Notes: a model not told the origin generated them from the letters alone. Shown: positions 28,951-38,305, counted from the first letter of the stretch. The stretch: 64,000 nucleotides of DNA from an uncultured Candidatus Saccharibacteria bacterium (GCA_964648765.1 CAZYLF010000001.1:12155-76154), one strand, 5' to 3'. Translations and numbers: made by a program.

Positions 28951-28971
28951 ATTTCATGCTATAATCGTCGC

Positions 28972-30168
28972 ATGAAATTCGATTTTGGGGCAAGTTTGGT
29001 GCCAAATGATTATATTAAGTCCACGCTTCCAAAATTGGTAGCTTATCGCGAAGAGCTGAAGGAAGCCTCCCACTCCCCACTCTACCAAGCGCCTGAATCT
29101 TCACTCTTTCTCCCTCACCACACCGAGCAGTTAAAAAACGTGCGCGAGGTGCTCACCACACTTGGTGGTAATTTAAAGTTAGTAATTGTGATCGGCATTG
29201 GTGGCTCAAGCTTGGGCGCCAAAGCGGTTTACGACGCCACCTTTGGCCACAGTGATGAACTCACCCCGGAGCGCTTCCCCAAACTCCACTTCCTTGAAGC
29301 GCCAGACGAAAATGAGGTTGAGAAGCTGGTGAATTACATCCGCGACCAAAAGTTAACCGACTCAGAAATTTTAATAAATGTAATCAGCAAGTCGGGTCAC
29401 ACTAGCGAGACTCTAATTAATTTTAAATCATTAATTTCTAACCTCTCATCCTCTCTCCCACTAATTAGCGATCGGGTCGTTATAACTGGCGATGCCGACT
29501 CACCTCTGGTTTTAGAAGCTAAAAAAACTTTAATTATTCCTAAACCAGTCGGCGGGAGATTTTCAATTTTTTCAGCTGTTGGACTACTCCCTTTACTCGC
29601 CGCGGAAGTGGATGTGGAAGGTTTACTTGCGGGCGCTCGTGAAGCGCAAAATATTTGTTTGGGCGATGAAGAAGAAAATCCTGCCTCGCTTATGTCTATC
29701 TTCCACAGCTATCACTTAAGTCAAAATAAAAACATTCACGACACTTTTAGCTTTGACAGCGCTTGGGAAACTTTAGGTAAATGGTATCGCCAACTTTTGG
29801 CTGAAAGTATTGGAAAGGACGGCAAAGGCATCACCCCCACAGTCTCGATCGGCCCAAACGATCTCCACAGCGTGGCGCAACTTGATCTCGGTGGGCCGAA
29901 AGATAAAACCACGCTCTTTGTTTTAAATCCTACCAACGAATTTAATTTACCAATTTTCCACGGCGTTGAAACTGCATACAAAAATCACGAGTTGCCCTTT
30001 GTAAAATTAGAAATGGAAAATAATCCTAAAGAAATTGGCGCCTATATGATGTGGCGGATGATTGAAGTAATGCTTTTAGGAAAGCTTTTGGGAGTAAATA
30101 CTTTCAACCAACCCAATGTTGAAGATTATAAACATGCTATTATAGATAGCGATGGAAGAACTAATTGA
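28972..30168 (+). CDS. pgi: glucose-6-phosphate isomerase
   Basis: IGIGGSSLG, SKSG, VGGRFS, QLLAESIGK, DLHS, NQPNVEDYK. Confidence 0.9.
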   Translation: MKFDFGASLVPNDYIKSTLPKLVAYREELKEASHSPLYQAPESSLFLPHHTEQLKNVREVLTTLGGNLKLVIVIGIGGSSLGAKAVYDATFGHSDELTPERFPKLHFLEAPDENEVEKLVNYIRDQKLTDSEILINVISKSGHTSETLINFKSLISNLSSSLPLISDRVVITGDADSPLVLEAKKTLIIPKPVGGRFSIFSAVGLLPLLAAEVDVEGLLAGAREAQNICLGDEEENPASLMSIFHSYHLSQNKNIHDTFSFDSAWETLGKWYRQLLAESIGKDGKGITPTVSIGPNDLHSVAQLDLGGPKDKTTLFVLNPTNEFNLPIFHGVETAYKNHELPFVKLEMENNPKEIGAYMMWRMIEVMLLGKLLGVNTFNQPNVEDYKHAIIDSDGRTN

Positions 30169-30616
30169 GTGGCAAGCTTGGGAACATAATGATGGCGAAC
30201 CTCGATCAATAAGATGGTTTGCTTGGATTGGTGGCGGGGCGCTCGTGCTCATTATTATATCTTTGCTAGTACAAAACTTTCTGCTTGCAATAATTTTACT
30301 AGTAGGAACAGCTGCAGTTTTGGCTCACCACGCGCGAGCTCCAGAAATGGTGAACTTTGCGCTCAGCACCAAAGGAGTAAGAGTGGGGAAGCGTCTCTAT
30401 CCGTATAAAGAGATAAAGGCCTTCTCACTTTCAGAACCTGAGGAGCGTCCTGAACTCCGTCTCCACACTGATAAAATTCTCCTCCCCCACATTGTGATCC
30501 CACTTGAAGATCAAATTGACCCAGACGCTGTGCGAGGTTACCTACTTGCCTATTTGCCAGAAGAAAGGCATGATGAGAACCTAATCGAGAATTTCATCAG
30601 ATTTCTTGATTTGTAA
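30152..30616 (+). CDS. conserved CPR membrane protein (2 TM + PH-like domain)
   Basis: IEWQAWEH, two TM helices, LYPYKEIKAF. Confidence 0.7.
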   Translation: MEELIEWQAWEHNDGEPRSIRWFAWIGGGALVLIIISLLVQNFLLAIILLVGTAAVLAHHARAPEMVNFALSTKGVRVGKRLYPYKEIKAFSLSEPEERPELRLHTDKILLPHIVIPLEDQIDPDAVRGYLLAYLPEERHDENLIENFIRFLDL

Positions 30617-30621
30617 ATAAG

Positions 30622-30693
30622 GCTCCCGTAGTTCAATGGATAGAACACGAGATTGCGGATCTCGTGATATAGGTTCGATTCCTGTCGGGAGCA
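30622..30693 (+). tRNA. tRNA-Arg(GCG)
   Basis: anticodon arm CGAGA-TTGCGGA-TCTCG; acceptor GCTCCCG/CGGGAGC; no encoded CCA. Confidence 0.9.
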
Positions 30694-30833
30694 AAAAATG
30701 AACGAAGTGAATGTTTGCTCCCGAAGCGAGTGAACCACTTCACTCGTGTCAGGAATCGAAAGACTTTTCGCTGCAGAAGAATGAGGCCGAAAAGTACCCG
30801 CGCCCGTGGGGCGAGATTCTGCCGGGAGCACCA
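30694..30833 (+). repeat. structured tRNA-3'-derived element (inverted and direct copies of tRNA 3' end)
   Basis: tttgctcccga...caggaatcgaa is antisense to the tRNA 3' half; ends gattctgccgggagcacca; three internal hairpins. Confidence 0.7.
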
Positions 30834-30889
30834 CGTTTGACTATTTTCATAAATATGATAGTTGTGTAAGCAGAAAGGAGGTGATCTAA

Positions 30890-31396
30890 ATGATCATCAA
30901 ACATGGAACATATCGGTTAGTGCTAATTTTTGATCATTTTGTGATCAAAATAGCAAAGATTCAATTTTTCGAGGCGTTAATAATGCTCGTAAAGTGGGCT
31001 TGGGCAGGAAAACTAAAAACATACCTTGCTTTAACTTTTGGATCTTTTGATGGCCCAAAGGAGTGGTTACTAAAAGGAATTATTGAAAACTGGGAGGAGT
31101 TTACTTTCTGCATCCTCCGAAAAGAACTCTTTGTGATGCCAACATACTTCTCATTTTTTGGTTTGTTAAATATCCAAAAAAGGGGTTCCTCTTCAGAAGT
31201 AAACTATCGAGACTTAGACAGATTATTTCTGCCAATTCTCGGTAAAAAAATCTACAGCACTCACCACTGGTCTAATTCCGATAATTTTGTTTTGGACGAA
31301 TTCGGCCACATCAGAATGTGCGACTATGGCTCAACTGAAACGAAAAAGGAAATTATCCGTTACGGCAGTGAGCTCTGTGTTGCCACATCAACCTAA
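30890..31396 (+). CDS. hypothetical protein, possible minimal kinase fold
   Basis: GTYRLV..FVIKIA, NWEE, HHWSNSDNF, MCDYG; SD AAGGAGGT. Confidence 0.5.
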   Translation: MIIKHGTYRLVLIFDHFVIKIAKIQFFEALIMLVKWAWAGKLKTYLALTFGSFDGPKEWLLKGIIENWEEFTFCILRKELFVMPTYFSFFGLLNIQKRGSSSEVNYRDLDRLFLPILGKKIYSTHHWSNSDNFVLDEFGHIRMCDYGSTETKKEIIRYGSELCVATST

Positions 31397-31437
31397 AACC
31401 CCCACCAATTGCATAAGCTTTTGGCGGGGGTCTTTTT
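31397..31437. terminator. terminator between convergent genes
   Basis: accccc-accaa...ttgg-cggggg-t stem followed by T-run. Confidence 0.55.
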
Positions 31438-31451
31438 GTTTATTTATTTAA

Positions 31452-31697
31452 TTACTTCTTCTTTGGAGCTACGGCTACAAATTTAGCCATTTGAGACTTC
31501 TTACGGGCGGCGGTGTTTGGCTTTAAAACTCCGCGCTTTGTGGCTTTATCAATCGCTTGGTAAACCCCAGCGAGGTCGCCTTTACCCTTTTTGAAATCCT
31601 TAACGGCCTCTTTGTAAGCATCTTTACGGCTCACATTAAACGCCCGTTTGTTTTTGGAGTTTCGCAAAGCTTTTTTGGCTGATTTTGTGATTGGCAT
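31452..31697 (-). CDS. rpsT: 30S ribosomal protein S20
   Basis: MPITKSAKKALR, IDKATKRGVLKPNTAARKKS. Confidence 0.95.
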   Translation of the reverse strand: MPITKSAKKALRNSKNKRAFNVSRKDAYKEAVKDFKKGKGDLAGVYQAIDKATKRGVLKPNTAARKKSQMAKFVAVAPKKK

Positions 31698-31760
31698 AAG
31701 TTGTGTGAGGAGTATACATCAATTAGAGAAAAAGGCAATAATGCGCTAAGATACTAAATT

Positions 31761-32339
31761 ATGATCAGGCGTTTAACCGGCCAAGTGCTTGAAGTAACCG
31801 AAAAATCAGTAATTCTCGACGTTAATGCTGTAGGGTATGAGATTGCCGTTACCCCAGAAGTTAAAAACCTCTTGGCGAAAAAAGAGGGCAAAGTAAGTCT
31901 CCACACTTATTTGGCAGTACGTGAGGATGCTTTAGATCTCTACGGCTTTTTAGACAAAAAGGATCTAAGGCTCTTTGAACTCTTAATTTCGGTGTCGGGC
32001 ATTGGCCCAAAAGGCGCAATTGCCATACTCTCTATGGCCTCAAGCTCCACACTTTATCAATCAATTGTCACCGGCAATCTTGAGCACCTCACCTCTGTGT
32101 CTGGTATTGGCCGTAAACGGGCGGAAAAAATTATTTTAGAACTTAAAGACAAAGTTTCTGGAGAACAAAGTGATAATGAAGAATTTAATCAATCATTAAA
32201 AAATGAGTCAGAGGCTGTGGAGGCCCTGCGCGCGCTGGGCTACACTTTGGCTGAAAGTCGCGACGCGCTCAAAAAACTCCCAAGTGATCTTGATACCAAA
32301 ACAAGAATCAAAGAGGCTTTACGTCACTTAGGTAAATAA
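31761..32339 (+). CDS. ruvA: Holliday junction branch migration protein RuvA
   Basis: VRED..LYGF, VSGIGPK, GIGRKRAEKIILELKDK. Confidence 0.95.
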   Translation: MIRRLTGQVLEVTEKSVILDVNAVGYEIAVTPEVKNLLAKKEGKVSLHTYLAVREDALDLYGFLDKKDLRLFELLISVSGIGPKGAIAILSMASSSTLYQSIVTGNLEHLTSVSGIGRKRAEKIILELKDKVSGEQSDNEEFNQSLKNESEAVEALRALGYTLAESRDALKKLPSDLDTKTRIKEALRHLGK

Positions 32340-32341
32340 AT

Positions 32342-33610
32342 ATGAAACTCGAACCAATCTTAAATTTGGGCCGCAAAATAATTCCTAAAAAACTATTTCG
32401 CGCTACCCAACCAATTTATCATTACTTGCTCTCTTTTTCTGGAGCGCTTTACTACCGCTTTCCGGCTCGTAAGTTAGAAGTGATTTTGGTCACCGGCACC
32501 AAAGGTAAATCCACGGTCACAGAAATGGTGAACGCAATTTTAGAAGAAGCGGGTAAACAAACTATTGTGGCCAGTACAATCCGCCACAAAATCCCTGGTC
32601 GGAGTGAGCCTAATAAATTTAAAATGACGGTGCAGGGTCGCTGGTTCCTCCAAAAACTTTTAGCCGAGGGATTAAAAGCTGGCGCCACTCACGCAATAAT
32701 TGAGATGACATCAGAAGCCGTGCTCCAATTCCGTCATAAATTCCTATCACCCAACGCCCTTATTTTTACCAACATCTCGCCAGAACACATTGAGTCTCAT
32801 GGCTCGTATGAGAATTATCTAAAAGCTAAATTAAAAATCGCGCGCGAGCTTGAACGCTCAAAAAAGAAAGACAGAATTATCATCGCTAATGCTGATGATA
32901 AGGAAGCGGGCAAATTTTTGGCAATTAATGCAGAACACAAACTCCCCTTTAGTCTTGATCATGGTGTGCCTTGGCAAACCACTGATGCGGGAATAACTCT
33001 TACGGTTGAAAAGACTAAATTTACTTCTAGCCTGCCTGGGATATTTAATATTTATAATTTGCTTGGGGCTATTGTGTACGCCCGTCAAAGATTAATAGGC
33101 CCAGAAATAATCGAGCGCGCAATAAGAAAACTTAACTTAGTGCGCGGCAGAATGGAGTTAGTAATCTCCTCCCCTTTTAGGGTAATTGTGGATTATGCTC
33201 ACACCGCCGACTCACTTACCAAGGCGTATCAAGTTTACAAAAATGATTCCAAGATTTGCGTGCTTGGTGGCACTGGTGGGGGCCGCGACAAGTGGAAGCG
33301 CCCAGTGATGGGCTCAATTGCCGGAGAATATTGTAAACAGATAATTCTCACAAACGAGGATCCCTATGATGAAGACCCACGCGCAATTGTGGAAGATATT
33401 GCAAGAGGGATAAAGAAAAATAATTTTGAAATTATAATGGATCGTCGAGAAGCGATTAATAAAGCCCTCTCAAGTGCCAAACCTGGAGAAGTAATTTTAA
33501 TCACCGGTAAGGGCACGGACCCGTATATTATGGAAGCCAATAACACCAAAACTCCTTGGGACGATGCCGAGGTGGTACGCGAAGAATATGCCCGAATTAC
33601 CCGAAGTTGA
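32342..33610 (+). CDS. murE: UDP-N-acetylmuramyl-tripeptide synthetase (MurE family)
   Basis: VTGTKGKST, PEHIESHG, VDYAHT, GGGRD..KR, ITGKG. Confidence 0.88.
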   Translation: MKLEPILNLGRKIIPKKLFRATQPIYHYLLSFSGALYYRFPARKLEVILVTGTKGKSTVTEMVNAILEEAGKQTIVASTIRHKIPGRSEPNKFKMTVQGRWFLQKLLAEGLKAGATHAIIEMTSEAVLQFRHKFLSPNALIFTNISPEHIESHGSYENYLKAKLKIARELERSKKKDRIIIANADDKEAGKFLAINAEHKLPFSLDHGVPWQTTDAGITLTVEKTKFTSSLPGIFNIYNLLGAIVYARQRLIGPEIIERAIRKLNLVRGRMELVISSPFRVIVDYAHTADSLTKAYQVYKNDSKICVLGGTGGGRDKWKRPVMGSIAGEYCKQIILTNEDPYDEDPRAIVEDIARGIKKNNFEIIMDRREAINKALSSAKPGEVILITGKGTDPYIMEANNTKTPWDDAEVVREEYARITRS

Positions 33611-34436
33611 AACACTAAGAAGAGACCTCGCGCGCGTGGTGATTGGTAAAATTATCTCCCACGCGGAATTTCTGTGGGTAAAAAGTCTCCACTTCTCTCT
33701 CCCTAAAAAATTTAATGCGCAAATTAAAAATCAAAAAATTATAAGTGTTGAGCGCCGAGCAAAAATCTTAAACTTTGAACTTTTAAATAATTTTAAAATT
33801 GCCGTGCATCTTAAAATGACCGGGCAATTAATTTATAAGCCCACAAAGGGTAAGTTGGTAATTGGTGGCCACCCGGGCGATCCAACCAAACACACGCGAG
33901 TAATTTTCCATTTCACTGATGGCTCTAAACTTTACTTCAACGACTTACGCAAGTTTGGCTGGATTAAATTAATCCCAAATGGAGATTGGCCAAAATTTAC
34001 CGCTCACCTCGGCCCCGAGCCGTTAGAAAAGAATTTCACTCTAAAATATTTTGAATCAATTCTCACTAAACATCCAAAAAAGAAAATTAAACAATTCCTT
34101 CTTGATCAAACTTTAATTTCTGGTATTGGCAACATTTACGCTGATGAGAGTTTATTTGCCTCCAAGGTTTTGCCAAGTCGCACAGTGAATAAGTTAAATG
34201 AAAGCGAAATAAATTTACTTTATCAAAACATTAAAAAAATTTTAAAATTAGCAATTACTAAAGGCGGCACCTCAATCCGTGATTACCGCCGCGCCGGTGG
34301 TGAAGAAGGCGGCTTTGCTAAATTCTTAAAAGTTTATGATCGCGCGGGTGACAAATGTTTAACTTGCGCTAAAATGATTCAGAAAGTTAAACAAAACGGT
34401 CGCGGCACGCACTTCTGCCCTACTTGCCAAAAATAA
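33588..34436 (+). CDS. mutM: formamidopyrimidine-DNA glycosylase
   Basis: MPELPEVET, HLKMTG, GIGNIYADE, C-terminal zinc finger. Confidence 0.95.
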   Translation: MPELPEVETLRRDLARVVIGKIISHAEFLWVKSLHFSLPKKFNAQIKNQKIISVERRAKILNFELLNNFKIAVHLKMTGQLIYKPTKGKLVIGGHPGDPTKHTRVIFHFTDGSKLYFNDLRKFGWIKLIPNGDWPKFTAHLGPEPLEKNFTLKYFESILTKHPKKKIKQFLLDQTLISGIGNIYADESLFASKVLPSRTVNKLNESEINLLYQNIKKILKLAITKGGTSIRDYRRAGGEEGGFAKFLKVYDRAGDKCLTCAKMIQKVKQNGRGTHFCPTCQK

Positions 34437-34437
34437 A

Positions 34438-35082
34438 ATGTTCAAAAAAGAAAAATTAATTGATATCGGTATTGTGATTGTATTTATTGCGCTTATTTAT
34501 TTAATGGGCAACAAACCTAAAAGTCCATTAATTTTTGAGTGGGCCGAGAGTGGTGATTATTTAATTGCTAGTTTGGAGGAAGAAGTAATAACCCCACTTA
34601 AACTTTCAGGATTAAAAATTGAGATTGCTGATAAGCAAATCACCATACCTCAAGGCGCAAGCACCTTTATTGCAAGCCAAATTAATAATCTTGAAGACAT
34701 CTACCTCGCCCCAGGCGAAAAAGTTTATTTAAATATGGGCCGCTCGCCAGTGGGCGTGTCATTCAAAGAAAATCTCTGTAGTGGTTATTTAGCTGAAACT
34801 CAAAGTTTTACCCCGCAGTTTATTGGCTCTTGCCCCAGGCTCGCTCCACCCGCCGGCTGTGAGAGCGAGTTTGAAAGCATCCCAAAGTGTACAAGCCCAA
34901 TTAAAATTAATCATGTCTTCACTCCCCTTTGCTTAGAGGCAGTGTTGAAACTTAATTACAACGACTGCTTGGCAGAAAATTTAAATCAAAAAAACTTTTT
35001 AGGTCAGTGGCGGATTTACTTAAATCAAGAAGGCAATTTGAAATTTGAAAAGGACGATGAGGTAGAACTAGTGCTCGAGTAA
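34438..35082 (+). CDS. hypothetical membrane-anchored Cys-rich protein
   Basis: N-terminal TM; GRSPVGVSFKENLCSGYL, YNDCL, WRIYL. Confidence 0.6.
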   Translation: MFKKEKLIDIGIVIVFIALIYLMGNKPKSPLIFEWAESGDYLIASLEEEVITPLKLSGLKIEIADKQITIPQGASTFIASQINNLEDIYLAPGEKVYLNMGRSPVGVSFKENLCSGYLAETQSFTPQFIGSCPRLAPPAGCESEFESIPKCTSPIKINHVFTPLCLEAVLKLNYNDCLAENLNQKNFLGQWRIYLNQEGNLKFEKDDEVELVLE

Positions 35083-35541
35083 GTTAAATGCAAAAATCCC
35101 AAAGGCCACCGCCACGTTGAGTGACTCTTTGCGACCACTCATTGGTATCTCGGCAATCACATCAACTTTGTTTAAAATACTTTTTTCTATCCCCCCTACT
35201 TCGTTACCCACAATTATAGCCGCCTTACTTTTTAATTTTATTTTTTTGTAATTAACCGACTTTGGATCTTGCTCAAGAGCGACTAACTCGTAATTTAGAC
35301 CTTTCAATTTATTAAACAAAACTGAAACACTTGGTATTGCCTCCCACTTCACAAACCCCTCTGCCCCAAGTGAGGCTTTGGTGAGCTTTTTATTGGCCCT
35401 ACCAAAACGATCTAGTGGTGAGGGTGTGTAGCCAGTGAGGTAAATTTTGCTCACCCCGGCCGCTTCTGCGGTACGGAAAATGCTACCCACGTTCTCCGTG
35501 CTGCGTACATTATGAATTATTACCACTATGTCCTTTTTCAT
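35068..35541 (-). CDS. TrmH/SpoU family RNA methyltransferase
   Basis: NVGSIFRTAEAAG, GNEVGGI, IPMSGRKESLNVAVA. Confidence 0.92.
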   Translation of the reverse strand: MKKDIVVIIHNVRSTENVGSIFRTAEAAGVSKIYLTGYTPSPLDRFGRANKKLTKASLGAEGFVKWEAIPSVSVLFNKLKGLNYELVALEQDPKSVNYKKIKLKSKAAIIVGNEVGGIEKSILNKVDVIAEIPMSGRKESLNVAVAFGIFAFNLLEH

Positions 35542-35568
35542 TTAGTTGATTCACGCTACAATAGCCTA

Positions 35569-35898
35569 ATGTTTAATCTTTTTCCAGATCTTTTGAATTA
35601 TAGTTTTTTTGCTCCCTTAATTTTGCGCTTGGGGCTTGGGGTATTATTAATAATTAGTGGACTTAAAAATTATAATGGTTTAACTACCGACAAACTTAAT
35701 CAGACCTTAAATCTCATCTCACTGGTGGCTGGATTTTTAATTTTTCTTGGTGCTTACACCCAAATCACGGCAATTGTTTTGGTTATCGCAACTTTATTTA
35801 GTAAAACCAGTTGGCAGAACAAAATACTCATTACCGCCATAGCCCTCTCCCTCATCCTCTCCGGCGCCGGCGCCTTCGCTCTCGACTGGCCACTTTAA
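35569..35898 (+). CDS. DoxX-like membrane protein
   Basis: APLILRLGLG, GAYTQ, GAGAFALDWPL. Confidence 0.75.
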   Translation: MFNLFPDLLNYSFFAPLILRLGLGVLLIISGLKNYNGLTTDKLNQTLNLISLVAGFLIFLGAYTQITAIVLVIATLFSKTSWQNKILITAIALSLILSGAGAFALDWPL

Positions 35899-35908
35899 AA
35901 TTTTAGAC

Positions 35909-35955
35909 AAAAAATAATAGGCGTTGCATCTTAACGACGCAACGCCTATTTTTTT
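35909..35955. terminator. bidirectional intrinsic terminator
   Basis: aataggcgttgc...gcaacgcctatt flanked by A and T runs. Confidence 0.75.
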
Positions 35956-35978
35956 GAGCCACCGAAGCAGTCTAGTTA

Positions 35979-36149
35979 TTAATCAATCAGCTTGGTGGGG
36001 AAAAAATTACCCGCCCGCTCGAGACTGACTGCCCCCTCTTCAACCTGGTTGAAAAGCACCTCAAACAACTCCATGACTCCGAGGTTGTAGTCCATCTCGC
36101 CCTGATCGGGCACAATCACTTCAGCTGCTTCATTCACTAACTTTTTCAT
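35979..36149 (-). CDS. small acidic hypothetical protein (56 aa, not in ORF track)
   Basis: MKKLVNEAAEVIVPDQGEMDYNLG...PTKLID*; purine-rich SD-like AGGGACAGG upstream. Confidence 0.5.
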   Translation of the reverse strand: MKKLVNEAAEVIVPDQGEMDYNLGVMELFEVLFNQVEEGAVSLERAGNFFPTKLID

Positions 36150-36176
36150 GACCTGTCCCTTTTTTCAAAGTTCTGT

Positions 36177-36347
36177 TTATCCCGAGCGCACGCTCGAGAA
36201 TTTTTTTGCCATGTCCTCGTGGATCGTGGTCCAAATGTCCTTACTTCCCGCCTCCTCCCCTTCCCTTCTGCAGAGAAGAGCAGTAGAACCATACATAGAC
36301 AAGGTCACAACGACCACCAGCAACACAACCTTCAATTTCTCTTTCAT
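36177..36347 (-). CDS. small single-TM hypothetical protein
   Basis: MKEKLKVVLLVVVVTLS; SD-like AAAGGGTG. Confidence 0.5.
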   Translation of the reverse strand: MKEKLKVVLLVVVVTLSMYGSTALLCRREGEEAGSKDIWTTIHEDMAKKFSSVRSG

Positions 36348-36492
36348 TACTGATTCACCCTTTCGTATCTTCAAAAGCGCACCTGAGAATCACCACCACG
36401 CCTTACATTACTATTTCCATTGTAGCATAAAATAGCCCAATTTGTCAAGTACTCCTGGCTTTTAGCCATACATTGTGGTAAAAATAAGCATT

Positions 36493-36565
36493 CCGCCCGT
36501 AGCTCAGTCGGTAGAGCAGCTGCCTTTTAAGCAGACGGTCGTAGGTTCGATTCCTACCGGGCGGA
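36493..36565 (+). tRNA. tRNA-Lys(TTT)
   Basis: acceptor CCGCCCG/CGGGCGG; anticodon loop CTTTTAA. Confidence 0.92.
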
Positions 36566-36618
36566 CACTGTTTAACAAAAAAAAGGACGCATAGCATGTG
36601 CTACGCGCCCTGTGTGAC

Positions 36619-36864
36619 CTAACTTGCTTCCGGTTTCTTATCAGGATAAAGTGGCCTGACTTCTGCCCTCGAACGCCCGTTGGGTTTACACTTCGGGCAA
36701 CTCTCCTCAAAAACTAAAACGGCCCCTACCGCCCCTTTCTTAAAATGGTCCTCCAAAGTCTCTTCCACTTTTACTGTGGTAAATTTTCTGAAGGTTTTTT
36801 CCCCCACCCTATAGTGCTTACCGCACGCGAGACACCGAAACTCCAACTTCAAAGGTACTTTCAT
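36619..36864 (-). CDS. small zinc-binding protein
   Basis: CLAC...CPKC; SD-like AGGGGGG. Confidence 0.6.
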   Translation of the reverse strand: MKVPLKLEFRCLACGKHYRVGEKTFRKFTTVKVEETLEDHFKKGAVGAVLVFEESCPKCKPNGRSRAEVRPLYPDKKPEAS

Positions 36865-36916
36865 TTTCCCCCCTTTCTGCTCTGGAGGCTAGCACACCTA
36901 ACAAATAATGTCAATT

Positions 36917-37567
36917 TTAGGCCACCCTTCTTTTCTCCATCATTTTGGCGTTCCCATCTGAAATTAATTTTCGAGAAAGTGATTTCCCGATTATTTCTGC
37001 ATGAACTTTGGTCTGTTGAGCATTTTTAAGATCACCAAGCAAAATAACTATGTCACCGTTTGTTTTTACCTTTTCTGGATTAGTAGTCACATCTATTCTT
37101 AAAACACTTCCTTTAAACTCAAAAAAGGCGTCCGTGCCGTAGAGTGTGTCTAGGGGTGTATCTGCTGAGGTAAAAAATTTAAGTTCATGTAAATCCTCCA
37201 TATCAATATTTAAAGCTTCCGCAACCTCGGCATATAAATCGCCAGCGAAAACATTATGCTTTTCACCATTTTCATCCATGCTTAGAGGCTCGAGGGGATT
37301 CCAATGTTTAGGTTGATTATTTTTTGCCCAATCGAGTAGTATATTTATTTTATCCTCCCTTCTCATCCTACCCCATTTATCCGCATCTTCTTTAGGCAAA
37401 TGTTTCTCCACCCAATCACGGACTATCATTTGGGCTGAATCGTTATCGTCCTTATCCTGTGCACTCAAATAACCGCCACTATTCCAGTCACACTCAATAG
37501 TAGACACAGCTTCAAACTCCTTTGTTTTGCCATCATCTCCTGAATATGTTTCCCATGAATTTTTCAT
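36917..37567 (-). CDS. hypothetical protein, possibly PD-(D/E)xK-like
   Basis: TPLDTLYGTDAFFEF...IDVTTNPEK. Confidence 0.55.
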   Translation of the reverse strand: MKNSWETYSGDDGKTKEFEAVSTIECDWNSGGYLSAQDKDDNDSAQMIVRDWVEKHLPKEDADKWGRMRREDKINILLDWAKNNQPKHWNPLEPLSMDENGEKHNVFAGDLYAEVAEALNIDMEDLHELKFFTSADTPLDTLYGTDAFFEFKGSVLRIDVTTNPEKVKTNGDIVILLGDLKNAQQTKVHAEIIGKSLSRKLISDGNAKMMEKRRVA

Positions 37568-37588
37568 AATTGTTCCATTATAACCATA

Positions 37589-38305
37589 TCAGTATTCCAA
37601 TACCAACCTCTCGAGCGCGGTAGCAAAATCTTGTTTGCCTTTACGGGCATCGGTGTAAATGTGGAGTAAGCGCGAGGAGAGTTTACTCAACTCGTCATGA
37701 GTAAAATTTTTAACATACCCCCTAGCCTTGCTTAGAGGGTATGGCTTCATAGACGCCACGGACCTATCCCCCATCGCCTTAACTAAAAGCAAATTTTTTA
37801 CCTGCCAAACAAACTTCCAAAAAATTTCTTCGGCTTCTAACCCCTCCTCCAAACCTTGAGTTAACAAAATCCAAACTTGCTTACGATTACGCGCAGCGAG
37901 CGCGTCGGTAATTGAATAAATATTAAATCCCTCATATTGATTTACGATCTTTTGTTTTAATTCAAAATTTTCAACTTTCGACTCAACCTTCTCTAACTTT
38001 TTTAAGAGATCTTTTGAAATTTCCGTTTCTAAAAGCAAAAAGTTATTTGGGGAATTTACTAAATCTTCTGCTCTCTTTGCAACAAATTCTTCCGCTTCAA
38101 CGTTTGTAAGCAAGTGATCACAAATAATTGCCAGTTTATTACCAAAAATATTCTGGCCATTAATTAATTCCTCAAACTTTTCTTCACTCCAACTTTCACT
38201 GTGAAAGGTAAAAATTTCACTGTCTTTCTCTTTCGCCCCTTCCACTAACTTCCGCCACTTGGCGCGCGCCTTATCTTTATCTGTGCCATAAATTATTGTG
38301 ATCAT
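37589..38305 (-). CDS. holA: DNA polymerase III delta subunit-like protein (short HolA)
   Basis: IIYGTD, FNIYSITDAL, KPYPLSK, ALERLVL. Confidence 0.7.
   Translation of the reverse strand: MITIIYGTDKDKARAKWRKLVEGAKEKDSEIFTFHSESWSEEKFEELINGQNIFGNKLAIICDHLLTNVEAEEFVAKRAEDLVNSPNNFLLLETEISKDLLKKLEKVESKVENFELKQKIVNQYEGFNIYSITDALAARNRKQVWILLTQGLEEGLEAEEIFWKFVWQVKNLLLVKAMGDRSVASMKPYPLSKARGYVKNFTHDELSKLSSRLLHIYTDARKGKQDFATALERLVLEY

Noticed and set aside
30550-30834. 94-aa minus-strand ORF and numerous other short antisense ORFs in the track
   Set aside because: They overlap tRNAs or well-supported genes on the opposite strand and have no recognisable motifs.
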